From: Oculina patagonica
Lineage: Eukaryota
Assembly (NCBI RefSeq): GCF_052425735.1
Contig: NC_135769.1
Coordinates: forward strand, 17,980,001-18,044,000
Reading direction: 5' to 3'
Length of the DNA: 64,000 nucleotides
Part shown: one piece after another, positions 46,930 through 58,394 of the stretch
How positions within the stretch are numbered: the first letter of the stretch is position 1
How the letters are laid out: the number at the start of each line of letters is the position of its first letter
Notes under the pieces: generated by a model
Seen by the model: only the letters and a program-made list of their open reading frames with translations
What the model was told of the DNA's origin: nothing
The model's database searches: none
Translations under genes and position numbers: made by a program

Positions 46930-49218
46930 TGTTGCTGGAGACCCGAATAAAATGCTTACATTCCACCAAGTTTGTTAGTTTACGTTGATGGTTTTAGGTT
47001 TCCTCGAGGAAATAAACCTTACTCTTATCTCCACGATGATCAGCAGCTAGAATTTAAGAGCTTGTCCTGCGTTCTCGATCTGTGGCCAGTGTTGTGTGGC
47101 AATTGCTGCCGTAAAAGCGTCTTTTTATTTGTTCTTTCACACGGAAGTCTAGATGTGTTTGGTAGGGAACTTTGAATTATTTATTTCCTTTCGTTTCTAA
47201 CCAAATACAAAGTTTAAAAAATAGATCGAGGTAAAATATTGTTATCATTCAGGAACTGAATAGCTTCTTGTTATTCGCCTCACTAAACCCAAGCTGAGCT
47301 CATGACTGAACCCTGACTGCTGCGTACCCACTCAAATGGCCAGAAAATAATTTTATTTGCAGAGCTGACGAGATGGCTTCTAGGGCAATGTAGAACGAAT
47401 AAACACTAATTACACAAGCAAATCATTTCAGAAGAACATTCTGGAGTATATTTCAGTAGTTCGAATCATACGGTTCGGAAGCAAACATTGCGTCATGGAA
47501 GGAAAGAGACCTGTAGAGCTAGAAAGCTATTGAGAAACCTCCTGTCGAGTTCGTTAATTAATTTTTAACGCTTCCTTTAAAACAATTAGAGAAAATTCCA
47601 GAGAATTGGTTGATTATACATTCAATACTTGAACTTGAAGTGAGCAATTTATTTATAAGTACTTGCCATTTCTGGTTTGGTTTGACTCGTTTTATTTGCG
47701 ATGTTAAAGGCAAATTCATGTTCTAACAGTCTTTCACTGCCGCGAAATATAAAAAAATAAGAATTTTCTGTCTACAATATAAATATCAAGGCTTGGATTT
47801 TTAATGACTGTTCGCAGCTTCTCTTTCTTGAACGCAAAAAACGCGAGTGAAACATGCAGCGAACGCAAAGCACGAGGAGGTCTCCCGTTTTACGCTGGCG
47901 TCCAGCCCTCGCAGTTCAGTTTTCCTGTGTTCAAAGATCGAAAAAAACATGCGAGAAAATAAAGGGCTTTGAACAGTCTAAGACGTTCATAGTTCGTAAG
48001 CAACTTGTTAAAAGGCGGTAACAGACGAAGAAACATGTTGCATAGACATGTCGCGGCGATATGTAGCAGGGGCCAAAACAACATGTACACACGCATGAAA
48101 ATGTAGCGAGGAGATGTCGCAGCGACACGTAACTCATGGCACCGTGGGATGTGTCGCTGCAACATGCCCTTCTAAGTGGTACGCGTGATCGAGACTTCCA
48201 ATTAACAAAACAACATTTTTATTTTTTGGTCAATCGTTTACAGCTTTCCGGTTGCTGTCAGTGCTATTTCCTAATTTATAAAACTTCAGGATAAATTGTG
48301 CTCTCTGATTGGCTGTTACTCAGTTGGGGTTTTGGGTTTGAGTGATCATGATCACTCAAACCCAAAACCCAAATTGTGCCTGTGATTGGCTGTTACTCAG
48401 TTGGGGTTTTGGGTTTGAGTGATCATGATCGGGATTCGACTGTACCTATATATTCAAATCACAAGAAATACTTTTTTTTGCCGACATACTGACGACATGG
48501 CGCCGGGAACAACCTCGAATAAATATTCATCCGCGAGCATTTCGTTTAAAAGCGTTCTCGCAGTAGTTTGAACTTCGCTGTATTTTTAGTGAATAGATAA
48601 ACTCGTTAATCCGCTAGGCACGTGCATTCATGGATCGAAACTTGTTTTTTCTTTCTGGACTGATCTGTCTATAACGCCTCCGTTGTATAAACAAGAACAT
48701 ACATCAACAGGATGGTAATACCATTCTCGATCTGTGCTTTGTAGAGGATCGTAACCAAAAGACTCTGACGCTCTGTCGTGAATTCACGTTCTTCTGGGTT
48801 GCAGTGCTCCGTCAGTCCTCGTGTTAAATTAAATAGGATACGACCAAACACCTCTATCGGTGCATTGCTGCTTGGATCTCGTGGCCTGTACAAATGTTTA
48901 TGGCTAGCGTACTTTTATAGTATTAAGTTTCCTCGGAAACCCAAACTGTTATTTCGACGATGATGATCTGCTGCTAGAAATTTAGATCTTCTTGTGTTGC
49001 TTGGCGTTTTCTGCTGTAAATGAGCTCTTTTCTTCTTTTTCACGCGGAAGTCTAGTTCTTTCTGCTCACACCCATTAAAAGATAAGTTTCCGCTCGTTTC
49101 TAACCGCTTTTTCCAAATTACCGCATTTTCTCGATTAAACGCCGGGTCTGCCAGGTGGAGTTGAAAATAGGCCCCTCAGGTATTATTTATTTGAGGTATA
49201 ATAAGCTGTAGGTATGTT
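46930..49218. repeat. Segmental duplication of the upstream region of copy H (35263-39706 minus insertions) and partly copy E (16344-17470)
   Basis: Long colinear nucleotide matches. Confidence 0.85.
48600..48865 (-). pseudogene. Short N-terminal relic (duplicate of the 37.2-37.45 kb relic, without the P-like insertion)
   Basis: Reads IEVFGRILFNLTRGLTEHCNPEEREFTTE with the same frameshifting insertion. Confidence 0.75.
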
Positions 49219-51493
49219 AGCCAAATCATTTGTCTCCAGCTCCAGAGCCGGCCACTGTTCCTCGTACCCAGGCTCTGCCGCCTAAGAGAGACAAGCGGCT
49301 CTGGGGACGAGAATGGCAACTGAAGTGTGTCTCACTTATTTCATATCTCGATCTGTATACAATTATAGCATACATATTTCTTCTGTTCAATGTTAACTCG
49401 TTCCGTGTGGAAACCAAATCGTGCAACCCTCTGGCACATACATGGAAGATTAGTTTTAGTTCATGCTGTTCGATTCGTTGGTGCATTTGTAATTGGAAAG
49501 TTTGTAGAACCTCTCACGCACACCAAAGGCGCTAGGCCATGTGCGCGCGAGAAAACTTGGTAAACCCATCAAGATGAAAATATAAACATTCTTTAGGTTT
49601 GTACTTTTGGTTTTTCAAATAGTTCCGGGTTACTCGTCAATGTCAGAAATACATTCTCTTCTTTTATCGTAATAGTTAAATTTTTTTGGCACGTTGATAA
49701 CTCGCATCTCTGTGATTTTTTAGGATCTTACTGACTGAGTCACTGCGAAGGCCCAATGACCAAGCGTATGACGACCTACTTCAGTCAATAAGTGTTTTTA
49801 TTGAGCGTCTTTTCGTTTGAGAGTTTCAATAAAATTGTATTGGAAAATGTTCTAAATTGTGCGTGCTAAACGAATTGCTTATGCGGACGGCTTTTTCTTG
49901 ACTGGTTCGCGTCAAGCTGTCCAGTTCAGTTTGCGGTATTATTTTCTAAAGGATTGCGTCAGCAGGGCCGTAAGGTAAGTGACTGGGTTTGATTAACAAT
50001 CTTAGTGAACTGTCATAAAAACAAAACAAGGACGAGATGAAAGCGGCGTTTGACCTTGCTTTCATAAATATGCCGCCTAGTTACCTGCGACATAGCCTGC
50101 GGCACTGCCTGGGATACTGCTCAAAATTTGTAAAATTATCATAGAAGGCATAAAACACCGACCCAAAACGCTATCCTAAAATTTAATTTTTCTTGACCAG
50201 ATTCTCCACATGTTTGTGAAAGCATCTCGGGTCCAGATCCCACATTTGAAGGCTCCTTGTCACTTAAACCACGTGGTATAGTCTCTTGATCTGGGGTTAT
50301 CCATACGCAGATACTCAACAAGAAGGTTTATGGATGGTTTATGGATAATTTAATGGCTTGGAAACCAAAATAAGTAAATTGAACAGTTATGAGTAGAAAA
50401 GTCTTCGTTATTGTGGTTTGAAATAAATCCGATCAGGCATGATGAGGAAGAGTTGGGTTAGGTGGGAATTTGGGCGTAAGGCTACTACAAACTTTAAACC
50501 CTTATAAAAGTGTGACGATAGGTTTTTCCGCACTGGGACACAATTTACAGGTAAACGGAGACTTCGGAACTTTAGCGGGAATGCTCTGGAAACACTCTGA
50601 ATATCGGGGGGGGGGGGGATTAGCTTTTTTAAGCAACTCACTTGGCTTCTGGGAACGTCAAGATTTCATAGTACATGGGAATCTACTCCAATGATCTTCT
50701 TACAGACGTCAAGGATGAGACAAAACTTGGGTCCAACAGAAGTTTATTGCTCCAAGGTTCTAATCGAAAAACGTTACAAGATCGCTTGCTTATATATGAT
50801 TTTCTAGGTACAAAGTACAATAAAACAACTTAAATATTCTTTTCAAAGTCAGCAATTCTTAATGATTGACAGGCACGGAGGACCTACCCTTGAAAGGAGC
50901 TGATGCAATATATATACCGGATATCAAACAAAGGACTACATTTAAACAATGTACGTGTACAAGTACAATGTTCATCATGACTAAACAAAAAGCGCAGTTG
51001 TACGAGTACAAAGTTCAAGTTGAATAAAATTTGAATAATACAAAAAAGCTCTATCTTTGTTTAAAGGCAATGGAACTACTGTCGGTTTTTAAAACGTTTT
51101 AAAATGCTAAATGAAGATACACACAGAAACGACTGAAATGCGGACAATTTTCTCGTAACAAAAAATAAGATTTTAGTGCCGCTTGTTTTGCATTGAACGT
51201 TGCTCAGAGGCCTGTGATGCTCATTTGTTTTCTGTTTCATATCTGATTTAGGGGTTTAATTTAGTAAGTATTTTTCTTCGCCTATAGCCAGTATAAACAC
51301 GTCATCTTGCAGTAATCCACACGCACGTAAAAATCTTTCAAAATGTAAATATTAAATACTGGCACAAACGTTTTGATATCTTTTTTTTTTCATGTTTACG
51401 GGGTGTTTGTCTCAATTTAGAAATCATTTCACCTAACCACTTTTCAAATTTTCAGTTCTTCTAATGTAGCCCGTCACACTATTGCACATTTGC

Positions 51494-52417
51494 CAGGGGC
51501 GTAGCTAGCCTATAGGCCCGTAGGCCCGGGCCTACAAATTTTTTAACCCGCTCAAATTTTCATGTATAATAGAGAGCAATTCAGGCTGAAGCACTTTCAA
51601 GATAAAATCGAAAGGAATGTGCATTGTAGGTATCGCAAATAACCTTTCGCGATTGGTCAAGTCTCAAGCAAGTAGAAACTCGGAAGACTTCTAGAAGCTT
51701 CTAGAGTAGCCAAGTGATAGGGTATGTGTCGTTAAAGACAAGTGCGTTTATATATTTGGCAATGACTGAAAGTTGGCCTATTCTCTGTAGTAAAGTGGAA
51801 TCTCAATATAACGATCCTTGATATAACGATATTCCTGATATAACGATGAATATTCTATGTCCCGGCAAAAGTTACAGTACAATGTATGGGTCTGAACCCC
51901 GATATAACGATCTTCGATCTTCCCGATTTAACGATGAGAATTTAGCGGACCGAAAGTAAAATCTTTCCCGATATAACGATATAATCAGTATACACATTCA
52001 CAATTTGAGCAAAACATCGAATTTAATGCAATAACATAACAGTAATCGAGTAATCTTTAACGTTTCTGTTAATAGTTTTGTACGACGATATACGAAAATG
52101 ATACTATGTTCAAAGGCTCTTTATCAACTTTATCCTCTTTATCCTCATTTCTTAAGGTTACCCCGATATAACGATATTTTCGGTTATTTTACGGTCATAT
52201 CGTTATATATCTTATATCGGGAGTTTCGATATAACGATTCTTCGATATAACGATATAATTTTACTGCTCCTTTGGCATATCGTTATATCGGGGTTCCACT
52301 ATAAAATGTAAATATTTAGCTAGTGCTGTGAAATTGCAATTTTGAGGGTCCCCACCTGCATCCCCTACCAAGAAGCGGCCAGGACTACAACTCTTCAGAA
52401 AGCTGGCTACGACCCTG
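51494..52417. mobile_element. CAGGG-ended (hAT-like) element with a 5-bp TSD
   Basis: TTTGC|CAGGGGCGTAGCTAGC ... GCTGGCTACGACCCTG|TTTGC. Confidence 0.65.
51793..52301. mobile_element. Nested Tc1/pogo-like MITE with GATATAACGA repeats
   Basis: TA|AAGTGGAATCTCAATATAACGA ... TCGTTATATCGGGGTTCCACTA|TA. Confidence 0.7.
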
Positions 52418-52545
52418 TTTGCATTTATTCGCAAAATCACGCAACTATAAGACATTCGGCTGCTTCAAGGTTGGCTATGTCTACAAACGTTACTTGACTT
52501 GAGTCAGTAGAAGTGTTTCTTCTGTTGTTAGTTTGAAAGAAAGTC

Positions 52546-53274
52546 ATGAGTAAGCAAAGTCTTGGGGGAAAAGATCAGCTACGAAACCAAGGCCTGGCGG
52601 ACGCAGAAAATAAAATCAAAGAAGCGTGCGAGTTCTTTCAACAAGAAGCAGCAAGACTTCGGCAGGAGCAGGAAGCCTTCGACCCCATGTCGAAGAAACT
52701 GGATCATGTTCACTTTTCCTCGACCGTAAATCTCAATGTTGGTGGCTATCACTCCACAACAAGCGTTCAAACGCTGACCAAAGATCCAAACTCGATGCTG
52801 GCGGCCATGTTTACCGGACGATTTGAGATGAAACCTTCTGAAGATGGCTCGTTCTTTATCGATCGAGATGGAACTCACTTCCGGTTTATACTCAATTTTC
52901 TCCGCACTGGAAAGTTAACTTTGCCAGAAGGAGCAACATTTCTCAAGGAACTTGAAGAAGAAGCTAAGTTTTATCAGATCCAAGGAATCATTGACGAGTT
53001 GAGGCCTGCTGAACCGAGTACAATTCAAGCAAGTAAACCTATCGAGGCATTTGAAGTGTCGGTGATCCTGACAATGATGAGCATCGAAGTGTGTTGAAAT
53101 GTTGGCTTCCACGTGAGGACGGCAAATGGCGTCTTCTGTTCCGAGCTACTCGTGATGGCTTTGCAGCTGCAACCTTTCACTCCATATGTGATAACAAAGG
53201 ACCCACGGTCACCATTGTGAAAAGTGGAAACAATATTTTTGGAGGCTTCACAGAGGTGTCGTGGACGAGCCCGG
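52546..53274 (+). pseudogene. BTB/POZ (KCTD/T1-type) plus TLDc-domain protein, first exon, frameshifted
   Basis: VNLNVGG..TTSVQTLTKDPNSMLAAMF..FFIDRDGTHFRFILNFLRTG is a KCTD BTB motif. After a 1-nt loss at ~53073, WRLLFRATRDGF....FH..CDNKGPTVTIVK.....FGGFT..SW is the start of a TLDc domain. A splice donor GTAAGT follows at 53275. Confidence 0.8.
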
Positions 53275-53301
53275 GTAAGTAAAAGGTTCCCAAGCTTTGA
53301 T

Positions 53302-54307
53302 CAGGGTCTGGAAGGGTATTTTCGGGATCCGGGATTTGACCAAAATGCGGTGCGGGATTCGGGAAAACGCAAAATAGTTTGACGGGATTCGGGATTTGAC
53401 TGCTCTCCGGAAAGTGGGATTCACCAAAATTTGGACACGGGATGCGGGATTTTTTGCCTGTCTGCCGAGAATTCGGGAAATCGTCACGACCCAAATAGAC
53501 GTTCTAGCAGCGAAAGCGAACCAACCAGGCGAACGCTAAGTGGTCAGTGTCTCGCGTCAAACCAAACTATACATAAGACGCGGTTGAGGCTGTTCCTGTA
53601 ATCTTTCTATCAAGGACAGTGCACACGATTACAGGACCAACCTTTTCCCCAGGGCGCTTTTCCTCCCGCTCTGAAGGGAACAGCGCCTGGAGACGAGGTT
53701 GTTACAGGACGACCCATCACGCCGGTCCTACACGCTGTCATATCGTGCTCTTTTGTCATACTGAGGTATGAAAATATATTTCAGTCGAGAGGGCAAATCT
53801 ACACCTTACATTTGTCAGCTTTTGGAGAAATACTTATAATGATAAACAGCACTTTGTTGGTTTACGATGGGCGGTTTCTGTTCCTTCACTTGTGTCTTTG
53901 ATCTTACGGCTGGTGTAAACAGGACAGATCTCGGTGTTTATCTTTCGGCTGAAATCACTTAGTTGTCTGCGTACTGAGTAAGTGTGATCTGTGTGATGCA
54001 GGTTACGTCGGCTATTCTTGTCGACACGTGCACCGGCGCATCGCAGAACACAAAGGATCGGCTATCGGACGTCACGTAAAAGAACAACATTGAAATGAGC
54101 CAGACGACATCGAGAAGAATTTTAAGATTTTAAGGAAGTGCCAAAGCAAGCTTGACTATTTGATTTTTGGAGAAATAAGTATTTTTAATGTATTTTGGGG
54201 GAAAGCAAAAACGGGATTCGCGATAGCGATTAAAATAGTGCGGGATTCGGAATTTTCGTTAAAACGGAGCCGGAATGCGGGATCAACACCTCCCCTTCCA
54301 GACCCTG
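53302..54307. mobile_element. CAGGG-ended TIR element with CGGGATT subterminal repeats and a 6-bp TSD
   Basis: TTTGAT|CAGGGTCTGGAAGGG ... CCCTTCCAGACCCTG|TTTGAT. Confidence 0.75.
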
Positions 54308-54390
54308 TTTGATCAGTGAGAAGAAACTTGATCAAACTTTGCCCCGGAACCAAAACCAAACTCAGCGATCGAATGATAAAACTGTAACAA

Positions 54391-55176
54391 TTATTCCTCG
54401 CGAAGCGAGGCCGAAGGCCGAGCGTAGCGGGGTGTATAATTTTGTCCCTCAAATGGCTCAGGCAGGATGAAATCTCGTGTGGAGTTTACGGTCATATATA
54501 TTTGTGAGCTTGGTGTGTGGCGGAAATGACGTCACACGGCCGCGCGCTGGTGGCCTAATAGGTGTGAGGCGTCGAACTTGAAATCAGATCTTCGGGATTG
54601 AGGGCGGGGGTTCGAATCCGGCTAGGGTTTTTATTTTTTTTTATTTATTTATTTTATTTATTATTTTTTTTTGTGGGTTCGAATCCTGAGCCTTTCATTT
54701 TTATCGTTTTTCTTTTCGGATTAAAATAACACTGATTTATACATAATACTCCCTCAACGCCTATTCAGGCTATAAACCTTTCATCGCCATCAGGGGCGCG
54801 CGGGCGGAGGGTTCGAATCCTCCTGCCGTTCGTTCTTCTTTTTTTTAATGCCCTCGAATAAATGTCCAAAATGCGACTATCCAATAATTTGTCGATGATT
54901 TTGAAAATAGCCTGCGCTTCCCAAATCCCAACGCTTTATACCTCTTTACGAACAAGAAAGAGGCGCCATCTTCAAAGCGGAGTAGACCCTGGGAACGAGG
55001 GTGTCGCGGCCATGCCCGTTGCTAATTTCTAACAAATATATCTTCCTGCCTACTGTGGAAAATTGAATATGTACAATGTTCAACTTCAAATAATCCACTC
55101 CTTATTTATAACACCCCCCCCCCCCCTCTCCCCAACCCAAAGCTTCGCGAGGCCCTGCGAGTCACGTATTACTAGT
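54391..55176 (+). mobile_element. Helentron/HINE-like non-autonomous element
   Basis: 5' TTATTCCTCGCGAAGC, a subterminal inverted copy GCTTCGCGAGG (55142-55152), and a CTAGT 3' end in TT context. Confidence 0.45.
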
Positions 55177-55369
55177 TGAACTCAGTTGTTGCAAAATATC
55201 GTGATTTGCCAGGGTCTCGCAGGCATGTTTTTAACAAGCCTGCAAGTCAAGACATCATTCGCGGAAAATCTGTGAAATGCGTTTGTCTCAACTGGTTTTG
55301 TCCGAGATTGAAGCTTCTTAGGTATGGGACAATCCCATCATTGACTTCATTGGACAGGTACTGATCATC

Positions 55370-55700
55370 TGATTGTTGATTCAGCTAACCTCCGTCGAAA
55401 CTCTACGACAAATTTCAGTTTCGAAAGCTATCAAAGCTAATCTTAACTAATGTGATAACTAAGTATTCAGGAAGTCATACCTACAGTAATTACATGATTC
55501 AACTGACTGGTGTGATTTAATTCCGTTGAACCTCTACTACTGACTTTGACAACAAAGTTTCGAAAGCAGTCAGCTATAATCGGAGTAAAGGTATTCAGAA
55601 AGTCATACCTAAAGACTTGATTCAACTTATCCCTGGTGCAATTTAGTCCTGGATGAATCTCTTCTTCTATTTTTTATGACAAAGTTTTAAAAGCGGTAAC
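55370..55700 (-). repeat. Reverse-strand units of the ~115-bp satellite
   Basis: Reverse complement of the 5.8-7.1 kb units. Confidence 0.7.
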
Positions 55701-55886
55701 TAAATAAGCAGTTTAAAATTTTAAGTATCCTGTCTACAGCACAAGCATTCCCATTGCTATTTCAAAACAAATCGGCAGAATTTCCGTATATACATGGTTG
55801 AGACTGTGAAACAGTGAATTGGAATTAATTTTAACCCACTTACAACAACAATCAATCAATCAATATATTGATTGATCGATCGATCG

Positions 55887-56365
55887 GTACATTATGCTAG
55901 CATTTTTTCGAGCATTTTAGTGAGACAAAAGCATTGAGCATTATTCGAGCATTTTAGTGACATTTTCCCGGAAAATTGATTTTTCCCGAGAAAATAAAAA
56001 CGAAAGAAATTTTTTTTAGAGAAAATGAAGACTTAAACTCAAAATTCAACTACAAATAGCTTTCTAGAGATAGTCAACTACTTTCTGTACTTCGCCTCAT
56101 AGATGATTTTGAGGATTATGATTTTTTGGCTGTATTTATGAACTTGTACACGTTGTTGTTGTTACTTGCAACACTTGTACATTTTTGTAAGTGTTAACAT
56201 TTAACACCATGTTAAAAACTTTGAAATTAATTTTAAAAAACCGTTTGTATAATGAGCATTATCCAAGCATTTTAGTGACTTTTTTGGGGGAGACCGAGCA
56301 TTTTAGTGGGAAAACTGGAGCATTAAGGTGGAGCATTTTAGTGGGGAAACAAAAGCATAATGTAC
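55887..56365. mobile_element. MITE with GAGCATTTTAGTG internal repeats
   Basis: GTACATTATGCT ... AGCATAATGTAC inverted ends. Confidence 0.6.
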
Positions 56366-56887
56366 AAAAGCCTAGCCGGGACCAATTCTTGGCCATCAAA
56401 ACACTACGCTCATATTCGCAGAAACTGAAACCACTTAAAGCTACTTTAACATTTCCATTCCCAATGGATGAGATAATGACAGTTTCAGTCGAAACTGAAA
56501 ACGGTGAAACCCCTCATGTGTCACGGCTGAAATTAGTTTATTTTATTAAGTTTTGCCAAATACTCGCTATGAAACTTAATTTTTGCAAAGGAATTACTAC
56601 CATGACAAAACCATAGCTTCATTGCAACCAAATCTGTCTCCCAGGCGTTATAATTTGAAGTTACAAACAAACAAGATTAATTTTGAAAACTCTTCAGCCC
56701 AGCAATATTTCAAAAACCCATATCGCAATCCGTTTTAATCTTCGGCGCTTTCGGACATCCGTTTGCCTTCTTTTGTAACGGTGTCATTGAAATGTTCCTT
56801 CACTGTTTTAAGAGGTTATTATTTATTTTTCAACGAATTTGATCCCATGACTAAATTTAGCTAAAATCTGCGACACAGTCTTTTTAA

Positions 56888-57411
56888 GGGCCTGTTTACA
56901 AGCAGGCGGGTAACCCTAGCACATAGGGTTACCCTAGCACCTAGGGTTACCCTAGCGCTCCCACATTTATTCTTTTTTTCATCGACGTGTTTACAAGGCG
57001 CTAAACCCTAGCTGAGTGCTAGGGTTACCCTAGCTGCTAGGGTAACCCTAGCGCCTTGTAAACGCTCTGCTAGGGATAACTCGCCTACCCGGGACAACTT
57101 TATTTTGGCTCCAAAAAGATAAATTAAATATGTTTAAAAATACCGACAAAAACAGCGAATTGTGACCAAGAAACATCGTGTTCATTCACAATTTGTCGTA
57201 TTTTTGCACTGGAACGGAATTATTTTCGAATAACAGTTTCTAACGACAAAATTTTACAAGGTTAACTGAAGCGTAACCGGTGTAAGTTGACCCGGGCAAG
57301 TAGGGTTACCCTACCTGCGAATTTTTGCTTGTAAACCCGGACTATCTTCTAACCCTCTTGCTAGGGTAACCCTAGCACCTAGGGTTACCCTACCTGCTTG
57401 TAAACAGGCCC
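56888..57411. mobile_element. PIF/Harbinger-type MITE (TAGGGTTACCCTA repeats)
   Basis: TAA|GGGCCTGTTTACAAGCAGG ... CCTGCTTGTAAACAGGCCC|TAA. Confidence 0.85.
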
Positions 57412-57418
57412 TAAATGA

Positions 57419-57912
57419 GGGTCTGTTTACATAATTCCGGAATGACTTTCATCCCGGAACAAAACTCCTTCCGGAATGAAGTTCGTTCTGCCTTCGCAGT
57501 GATAAAGTCGACCGACTCAACCAAAGGCGTTTTCACGTGCGTGGTTTTCGCGAGATCAAAACAAGGATATTGTCCTTATGTATGGCCATTTCTGCAGTTT
57601 TAACGAGCAATTTGACCGTAGGTCTACTTATTTGAGATAAATAGGAAATACTATTACGCTTTTTCGCTCTGAGTTCAATCTGTGGCCTCAGTTTCATCTC
57701 GGAACGAAATTCGTTTTGTGTTTTTATGATACCGGAATGAGTTGTCTTTCCAGAACGAAAGTTTCATCCCGGAAAATGAACTCATGCTTTCATGACTTGT
57801 GCTGAAGCGAAACTTCGTCTCGATATCATGTAAAAAGAGACAGAGAAATATATTGGGATAGAATGAACTCGTTCCGGAATGAAAGTCATTCCGGAATCAT
57901 GTAAACAGGCCT
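57419..57912. mobile_element. Second PIF/Harbinger-type MITE (CCGGAATGA repeats)
   Basis: GGGTCTGTTTACATAATTCCGGAATGACTTTCAT ... ATGAAAGTCATTCCGGAATCATGTAAACAGGCCT. Confidence 0.75.
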
Positions 57913-58058
57913 TTAGAAAGGTTGACGCTTAATAGTTGTAACGGAAATTAATCAATTAACCGTGAAACATCAACCTTAAAACCCCATAAAGATGTATTTT
58001 TTGGGGGAAATAACATAGTCGGAACACATTCTTGGCCATCGAATCGCGAAACAATACG

Positions 58059-58093
<35 letters not shown>

Positions 58094-58125
58094 ATCAATC
58101 AATCAATCAATCAATTAATCAATCA
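58059..58125 (+). repeat. (TCAA)n microsatellite
   Basis: About 16 units. Confidence 0.9.
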
Positions 58126-58394
58126 TTTGCTCTTTAATGTGGCCCTTTTACGTAAGTTCTTACTCGCTCATATTCGCAGAAACTGAAACCACTTAAATAT
58201 TTTCATTCCCAATAGATAAGATAATGACACCTCCGATCGAAACTGAAAACGGGGAAGCCCCTCATGTGAAGTGGATTTTATACATCAAAACGACACAGGA
58301 ATATTCAGTTTATAATCTGAAGATTGCGTTCAAGTTACAGTTGTTTCCTTGCGTACCGTCAGTAACTTTTAAACCATTGCGTCTTCGATTAACA

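Noticed and set aside
58224-58394. 57-aa N-terminal extension of copy K
   Set aside because: Not conserved in frame in the sister flank of copy F; the conserved start is 58395.
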